From a bacterium (GTDB lineage Bacteria; Fidelibacterota; Marinisomatia; Marinisomatales; UBA1611): DNA of 43,774 nt. The DNA is taken from contig JAYPIC010000009.1 of assembly GCA_038127595.1 (NCBI GenBank), forward strand, positions 1 to 43,774, written 5' to 3'. Positions 1 to 8,509 of this stretch are shown in pieces (position 1 is the first letter of the stretch; every line of letters starts with the position of its first letter). The notes under the pieces were generated by a model. The model saw nothing but the letters and a program-made list of their open reading frames with translations. It searched no databases and was not told the DNA's origin. Made by a program: the position numbers and the translations under genes.

Positions 1-471
1 GTCATCTATCGCGCCTGTGTATACTAGCCTATCATTAGCATCAAAAAGATATACATGAGGAGTTTTCATTGCTCCAAATGCCTTTGCCAATTTAGCATCT
101 TCATCCATAACGTATGGAAAGTCATATTCATTTGCCGTAGCATGATAAATCATCTCATCCATGCTATCGACACTATCATGAAGCCTGGCATTAGAATTAA
201 CAGCCACAAAACCAATATCATTTTTTTTACTCAAAGCAGAAATCAAATTATATCTATCCTGCCAACGAATGACCCAAGGACAGGTGTTACAACTAAAAAT
301 AACTAAAACACCATTAGCTTTTTTTATTTTATCTAAAGAAGTGTTTTTACCATCAATATTTTGTAAAACATAATCACCTCCAGGCAACTTAGCATTTATG
401 TCTAGATTTCTAGCTTGAACATTGAAAATTATAACTGCAAATAAAAGCATAAATCTTATAATCATGAACAT
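1..471 (-). CDS. Exported thioredoxin-family/redoxin (PRX-like1) protein, truncated by the window edge
   Basis: Missing from the ORF track; translated by hand from ATG at 471, which overlaps the upstream stop as TAATG: MFMIIRFMLLFAVIIFNVQARNLDINAKLPGGDYVLQNIDGKNTSLDKIKKANGVLVIFSCNTCPWV...LVYTGAIDD. Has a signal peptide, a CxxC motif and the typical YxGAIDD motif. Confidence 0.88.
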   Translation of the reverse strand, partial: MFMIIRFMLLFAVIIFNVQARNLDINAKLPGGDYVLQNIDGKNTSLDKIKKANGVLVIFSCNTCPWVIRWQDRYNLISALSKKNDIGFVAVNSNARLHDSVDSMDEMIYHATANEYDFPYVMDEDAKLAKAFGAMKTPHVYLFDANDRLVYTGAIDD

Positions 472-965
472 TATCCTTTCTTTAATAGTAATGAATCTAT
501 TTTAAACTTAAAAAAAATTTCATCTCTTTTGCCCTCCCAATAGGCTTTAAGATTGAGATTCTTGTCATAAATTCCTGTAAATGGTAGCACGCCACTCCAT
601 GATTGGCTTATGGAGTTTATAAAGTTTTCATCATCGCCTTCTTTTTTTCTGTAATGCTGCCCGATCACATTTTGTTCCTTCAAAAACTGCATTACCTCCA
701 ATTCATTTTCATCCCAATCGGTGCTTAAGAAAACAACATCTAAATCCTTAGCATCGTATTGCTTTTCAAGATTAACAATATATGGAAATTCTTCCACGCA
801 TGGTAAACACCAAGTCGACCAAACATTAATCAAAATGTACTCTGAGGAGTTATTTTTTCTAATATTTTTAAACAGTTGATCTGCAGTTACAGTATCAACA
901 TTAAAATCATAAGAAGAACAAGAAATTTGGGTGATGACTAAAATTATATTGATATATTTTTTCAT
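471..965 (-). CDS. TlpA/ResA-family thiol-disulfide oxidoreductase, probable lipoprotein
   Basis: INVWSTWCLPCVEEFP active site, LPFT cis-Pro motif, N-terminal hydrophobic segment ending in ISC. Confidence 0.85.
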   Translation of the reverse strand: MKKYINIILVITQISCSSYDFNVDTVTADQLFKNIRKNNSSEYILINVWSTWCLPCVEEFPYIVNLEKQYDAKDLDVVFLSTDWDENELEVMQFLKEQNVIGQHYRKKEGDDENFINSISQSWSGVLPFTGIYDKNLNLKAYWEGKRDEIFFKFKIDSLLLKKG

Positions 966-1022
966 TATTAAAATTTAATTCAACTTTTGAAAAACAATAA
1001 AAGGTAAATAATTAAAGAATAT

Positions 1023-1050
1023 TTGATGTTTATTTATTTTTGGATATAAT
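1023..1050 (+). promoter_or_regulatory. Putative sigma70 promoter for the small transcription unit at about 1057-1223
   Basis: TTGATG (1023-1028), 16-nt spacer, perfect TATAAT (1045-1050). The AT-rich background lowers confidence. Confidence 0.5.
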
Positions 1051-1095
1051 ATTTATTGTGTGTATTTCATTAATTAAAAGAAAGGAGGTGATCAG

Positions 1096-1143
1096 TTGTC
1101 TAATTTTATAATAACGCTGACCTCCAAAGGATCAGCTGCGTAA
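1096..1143 (+). CDS. Putative 15-aa micropeptide MSNFIITLTSKGSAA behind an extended Shine-Dalgarno
   Basis: AGAAAGGAGGTGATC at 1079-1093; GGAGG lies 7 nt before TTG at 1096; open frame to TAA at 1141-1143. Confidence 0.45.
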   Translation: MSNFIITLTSKGSAA

Positions 1144-1181
1144 CACACCTAAGAGTTGAAACCTTTTAGGAGGTCAGCGTT
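1113..1181 (+). ncRNA. Long stem-loop in an unidentified structured small RNA
   Basis: Perfect 13-bp inverted repeat AACGCTGACCTCC (1113-1125)/GGAGGTCAGCGTT (1169-1181), extended inward by AAAGG/CCTTT and TCAGCT/AGTTGA. The G-U pair favours the + strand. Confidence 0.55.
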
Positions 1182-1190
1182 CACTTTGTA

Positions 1191-1223
1191 TTAAAAAACC
1201 CTCGCAAGCCGAGGGTTTTTTAA
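1191..1223. terminator. Bidirectional intrinsic terminator
   Basis: TTAAAAAACCCTCG-CAAGC-CGAGGGTTTTTTAA, a perfect inverted repeat with U tracts on both strands, abutting the HAD gene stop. Confidence 0.9.
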
Positions 1224-1859
1224 TTAACCATTTATATATTTATTTAATGAATCAAGAGATTCAAAAACATTACGCCCTGTCTTTAATAATCTTTCGCGAC
1301 TAACATGGCCAATGTCAACCAAAACGCAATGGACACCCATTTGTTCAGCAACATCACTATCGTGCACTGTATCGCCTATAAGCAATATTTCCTTTTTAGG
1401 GGTGTCTACTTTAGATAACCAATTTAATCCAGCATCTGTTTTACCATCAGCTGCATCATTTTGAATCCCAACTATTGCATTAAAATAATGATCAATTTTA
1501 TGGTGAGCTACCCAATCAATTAATGAATCTTGCTTACCGGCAGATAAAATAGACTGGGTAAGCCTGTTATCTCTATTTTTTTTTAAAACTTCATGTACAT
1601 GTTGATGAAGATTGCATTTTTTAAAATAATTTCTGTAATAATTTAAAAATCCTGGGATCGGGAATTTTTCTTTTGAAAAATCAAAGCCCAGGTGTTCGTA
1701 ATACTTTATAACAGGAAAGGTAAATATGCTTTTGTAGCTTTCCTTATCAACCTGTGACATTCCCCTTGACTCTAAAACAAAATTAATTGATTCAATGCAT
1801 AGCCATAGATCATTGAGGAGTGTGCCATTCCAATCCCAAACAATATGTTTATATCTCAT
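1224..1859 (-). CDS. HAD-superfamily hydrolase (phosphoglycolate phosphatase-like)
   Basis: Motif I variant WDWNGTL, ILSA motif II, K motif III, IGDTVHD motif IV. Confidence 0.88.
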   Translation of the reverse strand: MRYKHIVWDWNGTLLNDLWLCIESINFVLESRGMSQVDKESYKSIFTFPVIKYYEHLGFDFSKEKFPIPGFLNYYRNYFKKCNLHQHVHEVLKKNRDNRLTQSILSAGKQDSLIDWVAHHKIDHYFNAIVGIQNDAADGKTDAGLNWLSKVDTPKKEILLIGDTVHDSDVAEQMGVHCVLVDIGHVSRERLLKTGRNVFESLDSLNKYING

Positions 1860-1909
1860 GGTTATTTTATAGATGTTTAAGGAGAATAAATGTAAAACCA
1901 GAAAAAAAA

Positions 1910-2215
1910 TTAATTAGATAATTCCTCTTCTACTTTTTTTTCTATTGATTTAATAGCGGAGTCTTTTACCTTTTCGCCTGTTTTTGAAACAGCATCTTTC
2001 AAAATTTCTGCTGATTTAGATACTTGTTTGGAAATTTCAGCTGTGTTTTTACCTGTATAATGTAAATACGCCACATACAGTATAAATACAGATACTGTCA
2101 CAAGAGCTAACTTTATAATTTTCTTTACGAAACCATATACTATTACTATAGCTAAAACAACGGCAATTGCTAGATATACTGGATTAGATGTGATTGCTTC
2201 AATTATATTTTCCAT
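1910..2215 (-). CDS. Small membrane protein with two TM helices and a Lys/Glu-rich helical tail
   Basis: Two hydrophobic stretches followed by an amphipathic charged C-terminus; no recognised family. Confidence 0.7.
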   Translation of the reverse strand: MENIIEAITSNPVYLAIAVVLAIVIVYGFVKKIIKLALVTVSVFILYVAYLHYTGKNTAEISKQVSKSAEILKDAVSKTGEKVKDSAIKSIEKKVEEELSN

Positions 2216-2287
2216 CTACTTATTCTTTCATTTCAATTTAATAAGTTATATTGAAACTTAAATTATCACAATAAAACTACAGGCAAT

Positions 2288-2923
2288 ATGAAAAAAATTA
2301 TAACGATAATTATAGTTTCTCTAATTTCAGCTCAACCTGAGACCCCTGCTGACTCTTTATTAAAATCAAACAAAACCTCTATTTTTCAAAAAGCTTTTAT
2401 ATTTCCAATAGTCCAATGGCAAAAAATATCTTATAAATCAGAAGCATTTAATTGTCAATTTTACCCTAGCTGTTCTAATTACTGTAGTTTAGCGATTAAG
2501 GAATACGGCTCTCTGTATGGTACAATAATTGGATTAGATCGAATCACTAGATGTAATCCATCTGCACTTTACTATCATCAAAAAATAAATGGCTCATATA
2601 AAGATGAAGACGGCCGATTAATTGATTATGTAAGCCCAACCTTTTACCACAAAGGGCATAAATCGACAGTACTAAGTACTGTACTCGCTATAATCCCAGG
2701 AATGGGAAAAATCTATTCTGGCAGAGTATATGATGGTATGTATGGCGCATTAAATTTATTTGCTTCCTTAAAAGCATATTCATTTGCCAAAGAAAATCAA
2801 AATAAAATAATGATGAATGTTTTTGGTACAACCTCGCTGATTTTTTATATATCAGACATTTATGGTTCCTGGAGAGCTGCAAAGTATTACCAGCCAAAAA
2901 AGATAGAATCTCATGAAAAATAA
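2288..2923 (+). CDS. YidD (membrane protein insertion efficiency factor)-domain protein with signal peptide and C-terminal DUF5683/TM2-like region
   Basis: CQFYPSCSNY...RITRCNP YidD cysteine signature; LAIIPGMGKIYSG motif; signal MKKIITIIIVSLISA. Confidence 0.72.
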   Translation: MKKIITIIIVSLISAQPETPADSLLKSNKTSIFQKAFIFPIVQWQKISYKSEAFNCQFYPSCSNYCSLAIKEYGSLYGTIIGLDRITRCNPSALYYHQKINGSYKDEDGRLIDYVSPTFYHKGHKSTVLSTVLAIIPGMGKIYSGRVYDGMYGALNLFASLKAYSFAKENQNKIMMNVFGTTSLIFYISDIYGSWRAAKYYQPKKIESHEK

Positions 2924-2938
2924 ACCTAAGGGTTCTTA

Positions 2939-2968
2939 AAGTAGGGTGGAAAAATTACCACCCTACTT
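2939..2968. terminator. Intrinsic terminator hairpin between the convergent YidD-like gene and tRNA
   Basis: AAGTAGGGTGG-N8-CCACCCTACTT, an 11-bp perfect stem. Confidence 0.75.
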
Positions 2969-3000
2969 CTTTACACGATAAATTCCATTTGGAATTTAAG

Positions 3001-3074
3001 AGCCGGACACGAGAATCGAACTCGCCTACTTCTGATTACGAATCAGACGCTTGAACCAACTCAGCTAGACCGGC
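3001..3074 (-). tRNA. tRNA-Thr(CGU), CCA not encoded
   Basis: Reverse complement GCCGGTCTAGCTGAGTTGGTTCAAGCGTCTGATTCGTAATCAGAAGTAGGCGAGTTCGATTCTCGTGTCCGGCT; anticodon arm TCTGA-TT-CGT-AA-TCAGA; T loop TTCGATT. Confidence 0.95.
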
Positions 3075-3252
3075 AAATCATAACAGAATAATTTTGATAA
3101 ATTGAATTTTTGATAACCAATAATTATAAAACATTAATGTTAAATTTATAAACCAAAAAATGACTAAGAAATTAAATCATAATTTTTTGAACAAAGATCT
3201 TTCATGATCGGTATATGTATTTAATTAAAAACCTTTTACACATGAAATTGCT

Positions 3253-6200
3253 TTGAAAATCAGCTTTAAAATCTCAATTTATTCATTTGTATTATTGTCA
3301 TTAGTCAATGCTGAGAAGCTCAGGTTAAAACGCGCAGATGTGCTAGAGTCAAAAAGGGTTGGGTTTGAAACAGTGAAGCTACTCCAAGGTAATATTGAAT
3401 TCCAAAAAGGTCAGATAGAACTAAAATGCCAAAATAGCACCTACAAAGAAAAAAAAGATATTGCATACCTTTATGACGATGTAATTATGAACAAAAAAGA
3501 GCTTTCTCTTCGTTGCGATAGCATAACTTTTTTCTCCAAAGAGAATAGACTTGAAAGCACAGGAAATCCGCTTATCCAAGATAATGATTATCAATTAGAT
3601 GCCGATAGATTGATATACTTCACTGAATTAGATAGTGGTATTGCTATAGGAGACGTAACACTATTGCAAAATGAACAAAAAATTAAAGCTGACAGGCTTG
3701 AATATTTAAAAGATTCAAAGTCCAGAGCTGTTTCATATCGAGCTATAGGAAATGTAGAGATAATAGATTCCATTAGAACAGCAATATGTGGAATAGCATC
3801 TTATGATGCAAAAAATGAAGAAATTATTCTCAATCATAAGCCTAGGATAACAAGTGAGGATCGCATAATTAAGGGAGAGCAAATAAAATTAAATTACACT
3901 GATGAAGTACTTGAAAGAATTTTTATTCCAAAAAATGCTTTTATAACCAGTGCGTCGGTTGGATATAATCAATTAAACATAGATTCCGCAAATACCTTAA
4001 TAAGCTTTGAAGATAGAATGAGCAGCAAAGTGCTGAATGGTTTTTTTGTGAACGGCAGCCTTGATTCACTCAGATTAATCGGAATGGCCTCTACGACTTA
4101 TCATCTATTTGAAGATTCGCTCTACAAAGGTAAGAATCTTGCCTCAGGAGATACCATAATAATGAGATTTGATGAAAAAGATCTTGACGATATAGTAGTT
4201 GACGGCGGATCTCAAGGTGAATATGTCCCAAACAAAAAAACAAATGATTCAGACTTTCCTTTAATTTATTCTGCAGACAGAATAGATTATTTTCTAAAAA
4301 CAGAAACAACAAAATTAATTGGCAATGCAAAAGCTAAACATGAAAACACAGATCTTAAAGCAGGCTTTATCGAAGTCAATTGGCCCTCTAGAATTCTTAA
4401 TGCTTTTCCAAAACAACCTCAAGATTCCATAAATCAATTTATTAAACCTACAATTATCGAAAAAGGTCGAGACCCGATGGTTGGTAATGAAATGACATAT
4501 AATTTAGATACCAAAAAAGGGAAAATAAATTACGGAAAAACAAAAGCTGATGATGGCTTTTATAAAGGGAAAGAGATAAGAAACGAAAGTGATAAAACTA
4601 TTTACATTAAAAATTCTATCTTTACCACTTGTGATCTAGATACCCCTCACTTTCATTTTGAATCGAATAAAATGAAAATAATTCAAGATGATGTGGTTAT
4701 TGCTAAACCAATTATCCTTAAAATTGCTGAAATACCACTCTTCGGAATTCCTCTTGCTATTTTCCCGCACCAAGGAGGCCGAAGACATTCAGGGTGGATA
4801 ATGCCTGCTTATGGAGAGAGTAAGTCTAGAGGGCAATACATTGATGGACTAGGATTTTATTGGGCACCGAATGATTATTGGGACTCAAAATTTACACTGA
4901 GTTTTGGCGATAGACAGGGAGCAGTTTTTAATGTAAAAAATCAATATAGATTGAGGTATAAATACAGTGGGAGCTTATATGTTAGAAATCAACAATTTTT
5001 ATCAAATAGTGAAGATATAATTTCTTTAAAAGAAAACAGGAATAGTAATTTTAATGTTAGATGGAACCACACTCAAAAATTAAGAAACAATCAAAATTTC
5101 AATGCAAATACAACCTATTCAAGTAATGGTGATTATAATAGAAATTACGGATTAAATGTGGCTCAGAGGATGGACCAAAAAGCTACCTCGAATGTAACTT
5201 ACTCAAAAAGATGGCCTGATTCAAAAAACTCATTAAGTATAAATTTATATTCAAATCGAGATCTACTAGTAGATAAAAAAGTGGATAGAGCTAGCAACTA
5301 CTTTGTTAGTCCCACTAATTCTGGATCACAAATAAATATTTCGAATAAAACTTTACCAAAAATTTCATTTAGACATGGTCAAAGCTCTTTATTCCCTTCC
5401 TCAGCTCTTAATAAAAAATGGTATAATAATATTAATTGGAATTACGGATTTAACTTCACCAAAAAAGATAAAAATTATTACAAGTCGGTTTTTTCTGATT
5501 CACTTAACTCTTATGATTGGCAAAGGGACGAAAATGGAAATGCAATTGACACCTTATTTCAAGATGCGGGCTGGACACATACAGCTTCATTGAATGCTCC
5601 AATAAAAATTTTGAAGCATATTAATATAAACCCAAATATTAACTTTAGATCTAACTGGGTAAATAGATATTATGATAATATATGGGTGGATTCTTTAAGT
5701 AGTTACCAAAAAATTGAAAGAACTGGCTTTAAGTCCAGAACTACTGGAAATATATCTTTGAATGCAAACACAAAGTTATATGGCCTGTTCGCTATTCCTG
5801 TTGGACCAATAAAAGTAATTCGTCATGTAGCTTCACCATCTATTGGTTTTTCATGGACGCCTGACTTTTCCAAACCAATTTTAGGTTATGATCTTGGATA
5901 TATAGATAATTATGAAGACCTATCTACTGGCGAAATAATTAAGCATGATAAATTCGCAGGTACAATGGCAGGTTCAACACCGTCAAATGAACAGAAAAAC
6001 ATTAATTTCTCTTTGAACAATATATTTCAGGCAAAATCCATAATTAACGAGGAAGAGAAAAAATTTGACTTATTTAGTTTAAGAATGAGCAGCAGTTATA
6101 ACTTTTCTGCAGAAAAATATAAATTCTCTAACCTGAGATCATCACTTAGATCAAAAATTTTTGGGAAGTTAAATCTCGACCTTTCAACAACTCATGACTT

Positions 6201-6780
6201 CTATAGTTTTGATAAACAATCAAATATGCGAATTGAAAAAATTAGAAAGAACGAATATGGAATCATCAGCCCAAGATTAACAAATGCTCGTTTTTCAACT
6301 GGGTTTAGATTGAATGGTAAAATCAAATCTACCAGAGATAATAACTCTACCTTTAGAGCTGATTCTAGTAGTATAGATAACGACTTAGGAGGACCTGGAT
6401 TAGAAAACCCAATTAATAACTTTAAAAACTCAATCAACAATGGCAGTCTTTGGAGTACAAATATTAGTTTAAGTTATAATTACAGTGCCTATAGCCCATT
6501 GAATGAAACCAAAACCTTTTGGGTCAATACCTCTTCAAATATAAATTTATCTAAACATTGGAAAGTTGCATATAGAGCAAGATTTGATATGATAAAAAAA
6601 GATCTCGTGAGTCACAACATTTCCATTAATCGAGATTTACATTGTTGGGAATTGTCACTGAATTGGACTCCAGGAGGGATTGGGCAAGGAGTTTATTTTA
6701 GGTTAAATGTAAAATCTCCCACCTTGAAAGATCTAAAAGTTGAAAAGAAAGGCGGTGTTTACTCAAGCTCTCCGTTCTAA
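3253..6780 (+). CDS. lptD: LPS-assembly protein LptD with a long N-terminal OstA/LptA-like beta-jellyroll region
   Basis: Repeated OstA-type motifs (L.CDS..Y, ADRL.Y, GNV); FTTCDLDTPHFHF; GFYWAPNDYWD; C-terminal RDLHCWE...LKDLKVEK as in Bacteroidota/Chlorobi LptD. TTG start. Confidence 0.88.
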   Translation: MKISFKISIYSFVLLSLVNAEKLRLKRADVLESKRVGFETVKLLQGNIEFQKGQIELKCQNSTYKEKKDIAYLYDDVIMNKKELSLRCDSITFFSKENRLESTGNPLIQDNDYQLDADRLIYFTELDSGIAIGDVTLLQNEQKIKADRLEYLKDSKSRAVSYRAIGNVEIIDSIRTAICGIASYDAKNEEIILNHKPRITSEDRIIKGEQIKLNYTDEVLERIFIPKNAFITSASVGYNQLNIDSANTLISFEDRMSSKVLNGFFVNGSLDSLRLIGMASTTYHLFEDSLYKGKNLASGDTIIMRFDEKDLDDIVVDGGSQGEYVPNKKTNDSDFPLIYSADRIDYFLKTETTKLIGNAKAKHENTDLKAGFIEVNWPSRILNAFPKQPQDSINQFIKPTIIEKGRDPMVGNEMTYNLDTKKGKINYGKTKADDGFYKGKEIRNESDKTIYIKNSIFTTCDLDTPHFHFESNKMKIIQDDVVIAKPIILKIAEIPLFGIPLAIFPHQGGRRHSGWIMPAYGESKSRGQYIDGLGFYWAPNDYWDSKFTLSFGDRQGAVFNVKNQYRLRYKYSGSLYVRNQQFLSNSEDIISLKENRNSNFNVRWNHTQKLRNNQNFNANTTYSSNGDYNRNYGLNVAQRMDQKATSNVTYSKRWPDSKNSLSINLYSNRDLLVDKKVDRASNYFVSPTNSGSQINISNKTLPKISFRHGQSSLFPSSALNKKWYNNINWNYGFNFTKKDKNYYKSVFSDSLNSYDWQRDENGNAIDTLFQDAGWTHTASLNAPIKILKHININPNINFRSNWVNRYYDNIWVDSLSSYQKIERTGFKSRTTGNISLNANTKLYGLFAIPVGPIKVIRHVASPSIGFSWTPDFSKPILGYDLGYIDNYEDLSTGEIIKHDKFAGTMAGSTPSNEQKNINFSLNNIFQAKSIINEEEKKFDLFSLRMSSSYNFSAEKYKFSNLRSSLRSKIFGKLNLDLSTTHDFYSFDKQSNMRIEKIRKNEYGIISPRLTNARFSTGFRLNGKIKSTRDNNSTFRADSSSIDNDLGGPGLENPINNFKNSINNGSLWSTNISLSYNYSAYSPLNETKTFWVNTSSNINLSKHWKVAYRARFDMIKKDLVSHNISINRDLHCWELSLNWTPGGIGQGVYFRLNVKSPTLKDLKVEKKGGVYSSSPF

Positions 6781-6845
6781 TCAACTATTTGTTCTAATTT
6801 ATAATCGTATCAAATTATATACATAAAATTTATTAAAATTAAAAA

Positions 6846-7175
6846 ATGATATGCCCTAAATGCCATGCTGAATATTTTGAAGACAATGAAAAATGTGGTG
6901 ATTGCAATTTAGAACTAATAGATGCTTGTTCAATCGATATTCCAATACCTGACATGCATTGGGTAGCCTTGAAACCAATTTATAGTAGCACAACAGCAGA
7001 CATGATAACTGAAATTTTGAATAATGAAGAGATACCTCACTATGCAAAATCTGATTGGGCTAGCTCAGCATTAAATACTAGCGGCAATTCTTTGATCGAT
7101 AACATAGTTAGAATTTTCATCCCAAAACTTTATGAAAAAAAAGCTGTTGAAGCTCTGATTGGAATTGACTATTAG
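6846..7175 (+). CDS. Zinc-ribbon plus DUF2007-like putative signal-transducing protein
   Basis: MICPKC..EY....CGDC..EL zinc ribbon followed by a DUF2007-like A.MI.E.L..E.IP...VRIFIP....EKA pattern. Confidence 0.7.
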   Translation: MICPKCHAEYFEDNEKCGDCNLELIDACSIDIPIPDMHWVALKPIYSSTTADMITEILNNEEIPHYAKSDWASSALNTSGNSLIDNIVRIFIPKLYEKKAVEALIGIDY

Positions 7176-7179
7176 AAAA

Positions 7180-8439
7180 ATGACTCAAGTTAAATCTATA
7201 AAAGGCACACATGATATTCTTCCAAAACAGACTAAAGATTGGCAAGAATTAGAAATGCAAGTCCATAAAACTTCAAATCTTTATGGGTACAGTGAAATTA
7301 GAACACCGATAATAGAAACCGCATCTCTTTTTAATCGCGGGGTCGGAGAAGAGACTGATATTGTCTCAAAAGAAATGTATTCATGGGAAGATAAAGACAA
7401 GTCAATCATATCATTAAGGCCAGAATTGACAGCTCCGGTTGTTAGATCTTACATCCAACATAATTTAGGTGGGCAATCTCCTTTGCAAAGATTATACTAT
7501 ATCGGGCCATCATTTAGAAGAGAGAGGCCACAAAAAGGCAGACAACGACAATTTCACCAATTTGGTGTAGAAGCTATAGGTAGTGCTAATCCAGAACAAG
7601 ATGCTGAAGTTATATCTTTGGGCTGGGACATTCTTAAGTCATTTGGGATCAAATCTTTGGAACTAAAATTATCAAGCATAGGCTCAAAATCCTGTAGAGA
7701 AAACTTTAAAAGTGAATTAGTAAAATATCTAAATCCTTTCATCCCTAAGTTATCAGAAGTTAGTCAAAGAAGACTTGAAAAAAATCCCTTGCGAATTTTA
7801 GACACAAAAAATAAAGATGAGATAGAAATAGTTAAATCAGCGCCAAAAATTGAACAATTTTATACGAAAGATGATCAGAACTACTTCTCTTCAGTCCAAA
7901 AATTTTTAAATGATTTGGAAATCCCGTTCAAGATTGACCCGCTTCTTGTAAGAGGTTTAGATTATTACACCCAAACGACTTTTGAAATATGTTCAGAAAA
8001 TTTGGGCGCGCAAGATGCTTTGCTTGGTGGTGGCAGGTATAACGGTCTTGTAGGATCATTGGGTGGAAAAGATGCACCTGCAGTGGGGTTTGCTGCAGGA
8101 ATGGAAAGAGTAATAATTGCAGCTAAAAATAGAAAAAAGATTAGCCCAAAAATCCCTACTATATACGCTATTTGTACTAATGATGAAGCTATGGGTATTT
8201 TACAAAACAGTGCTAAACAATTGAGAAACATTGGATATAAAGTGATTTGTGAAACGCTTCGAAGAAGTATGAGGTCGCAAATGCGTGATGCTAATAAATC
8301 TAATGCTGACTATGTAATGATCATCGGGGACGACGAATTTAATTCTAGGACAATACAATTAAAGGACCTAAAAAATGGAGAACAAGAAAAAGTAGACCTT
8401 GAGAAAATAATTTCTTATTTCAAAAGTTTGACATTTTAA
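7180..8439 (+). CDS. hisS: Histidine--tRNA ligase
   Basis: KGTHD, LRPELTA, FRRERPQKGRQRQFHQFGVE, LVRGLDYY, GGGRY. Start moved to the in-frame ATG at 7180. Confidence 0.98.
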   Translation: MTQVKSIKGTHDILPKQTKDWQELEMQVHKTSNLYGYSEIRTPIIETASLFNRGVGEETDIVSKEMYSWEDKDKSIISLRPELTAPVVRSYIQHNLGGQSPLQRLYYIGPSFRRERPQKGRQRQFHQFGVEAIGSANPEQDAEVISLGWDILKSFGIKSLELKLSSIGSKSCRENFKSELVKYLNPFIPKLSEVSQRRLEKNPLRILDTKNKDEIEIVKSAPKIEQFYTKDDQNYFSSVQKFLNDLEIPFKIDPLLVRGLDYYTQTTFEICSENLGAQDALLGGGRYNGLVGSLGGKDAPAVGFAAGMERVIIAAKNRKKISPKIPTIYAICTNDEAMGILQNSAKQLRNIGYKVICETLRRSMRSQMRDANKSNADYVMIIGDDEFNSRTIQLKDLKNGEQEKVDLEKIISYFKSLTF

Positions 8440-8509
8440 TATTTTCCTTTACATTTTACATCTTCAAAATTCGAAACCAAACAGCAACTAGAATTACAAA
8501 CATAATATA

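Noticed and set aside
55..306. 83-aa + strand ORF from the track
   Set aside because: It is the antisense shadow of the real thioredoxin-family gene on the minus strand (1-471).
1079..1095. Possible 16S rRNA gene fragment
   Set aside because: Similarity is limited to the complement of the 3' tail; flanking sequence shows no rRNA similarity.
1057..1223. 6S RNA or SRP RNA identity for the structured element
   Set aside because: It lacks the SRP CAGG...GGAA...AGCAG core and the end-to-end rod with central bubble typical of 6S. An Rfam search is needed to exclude these formally.
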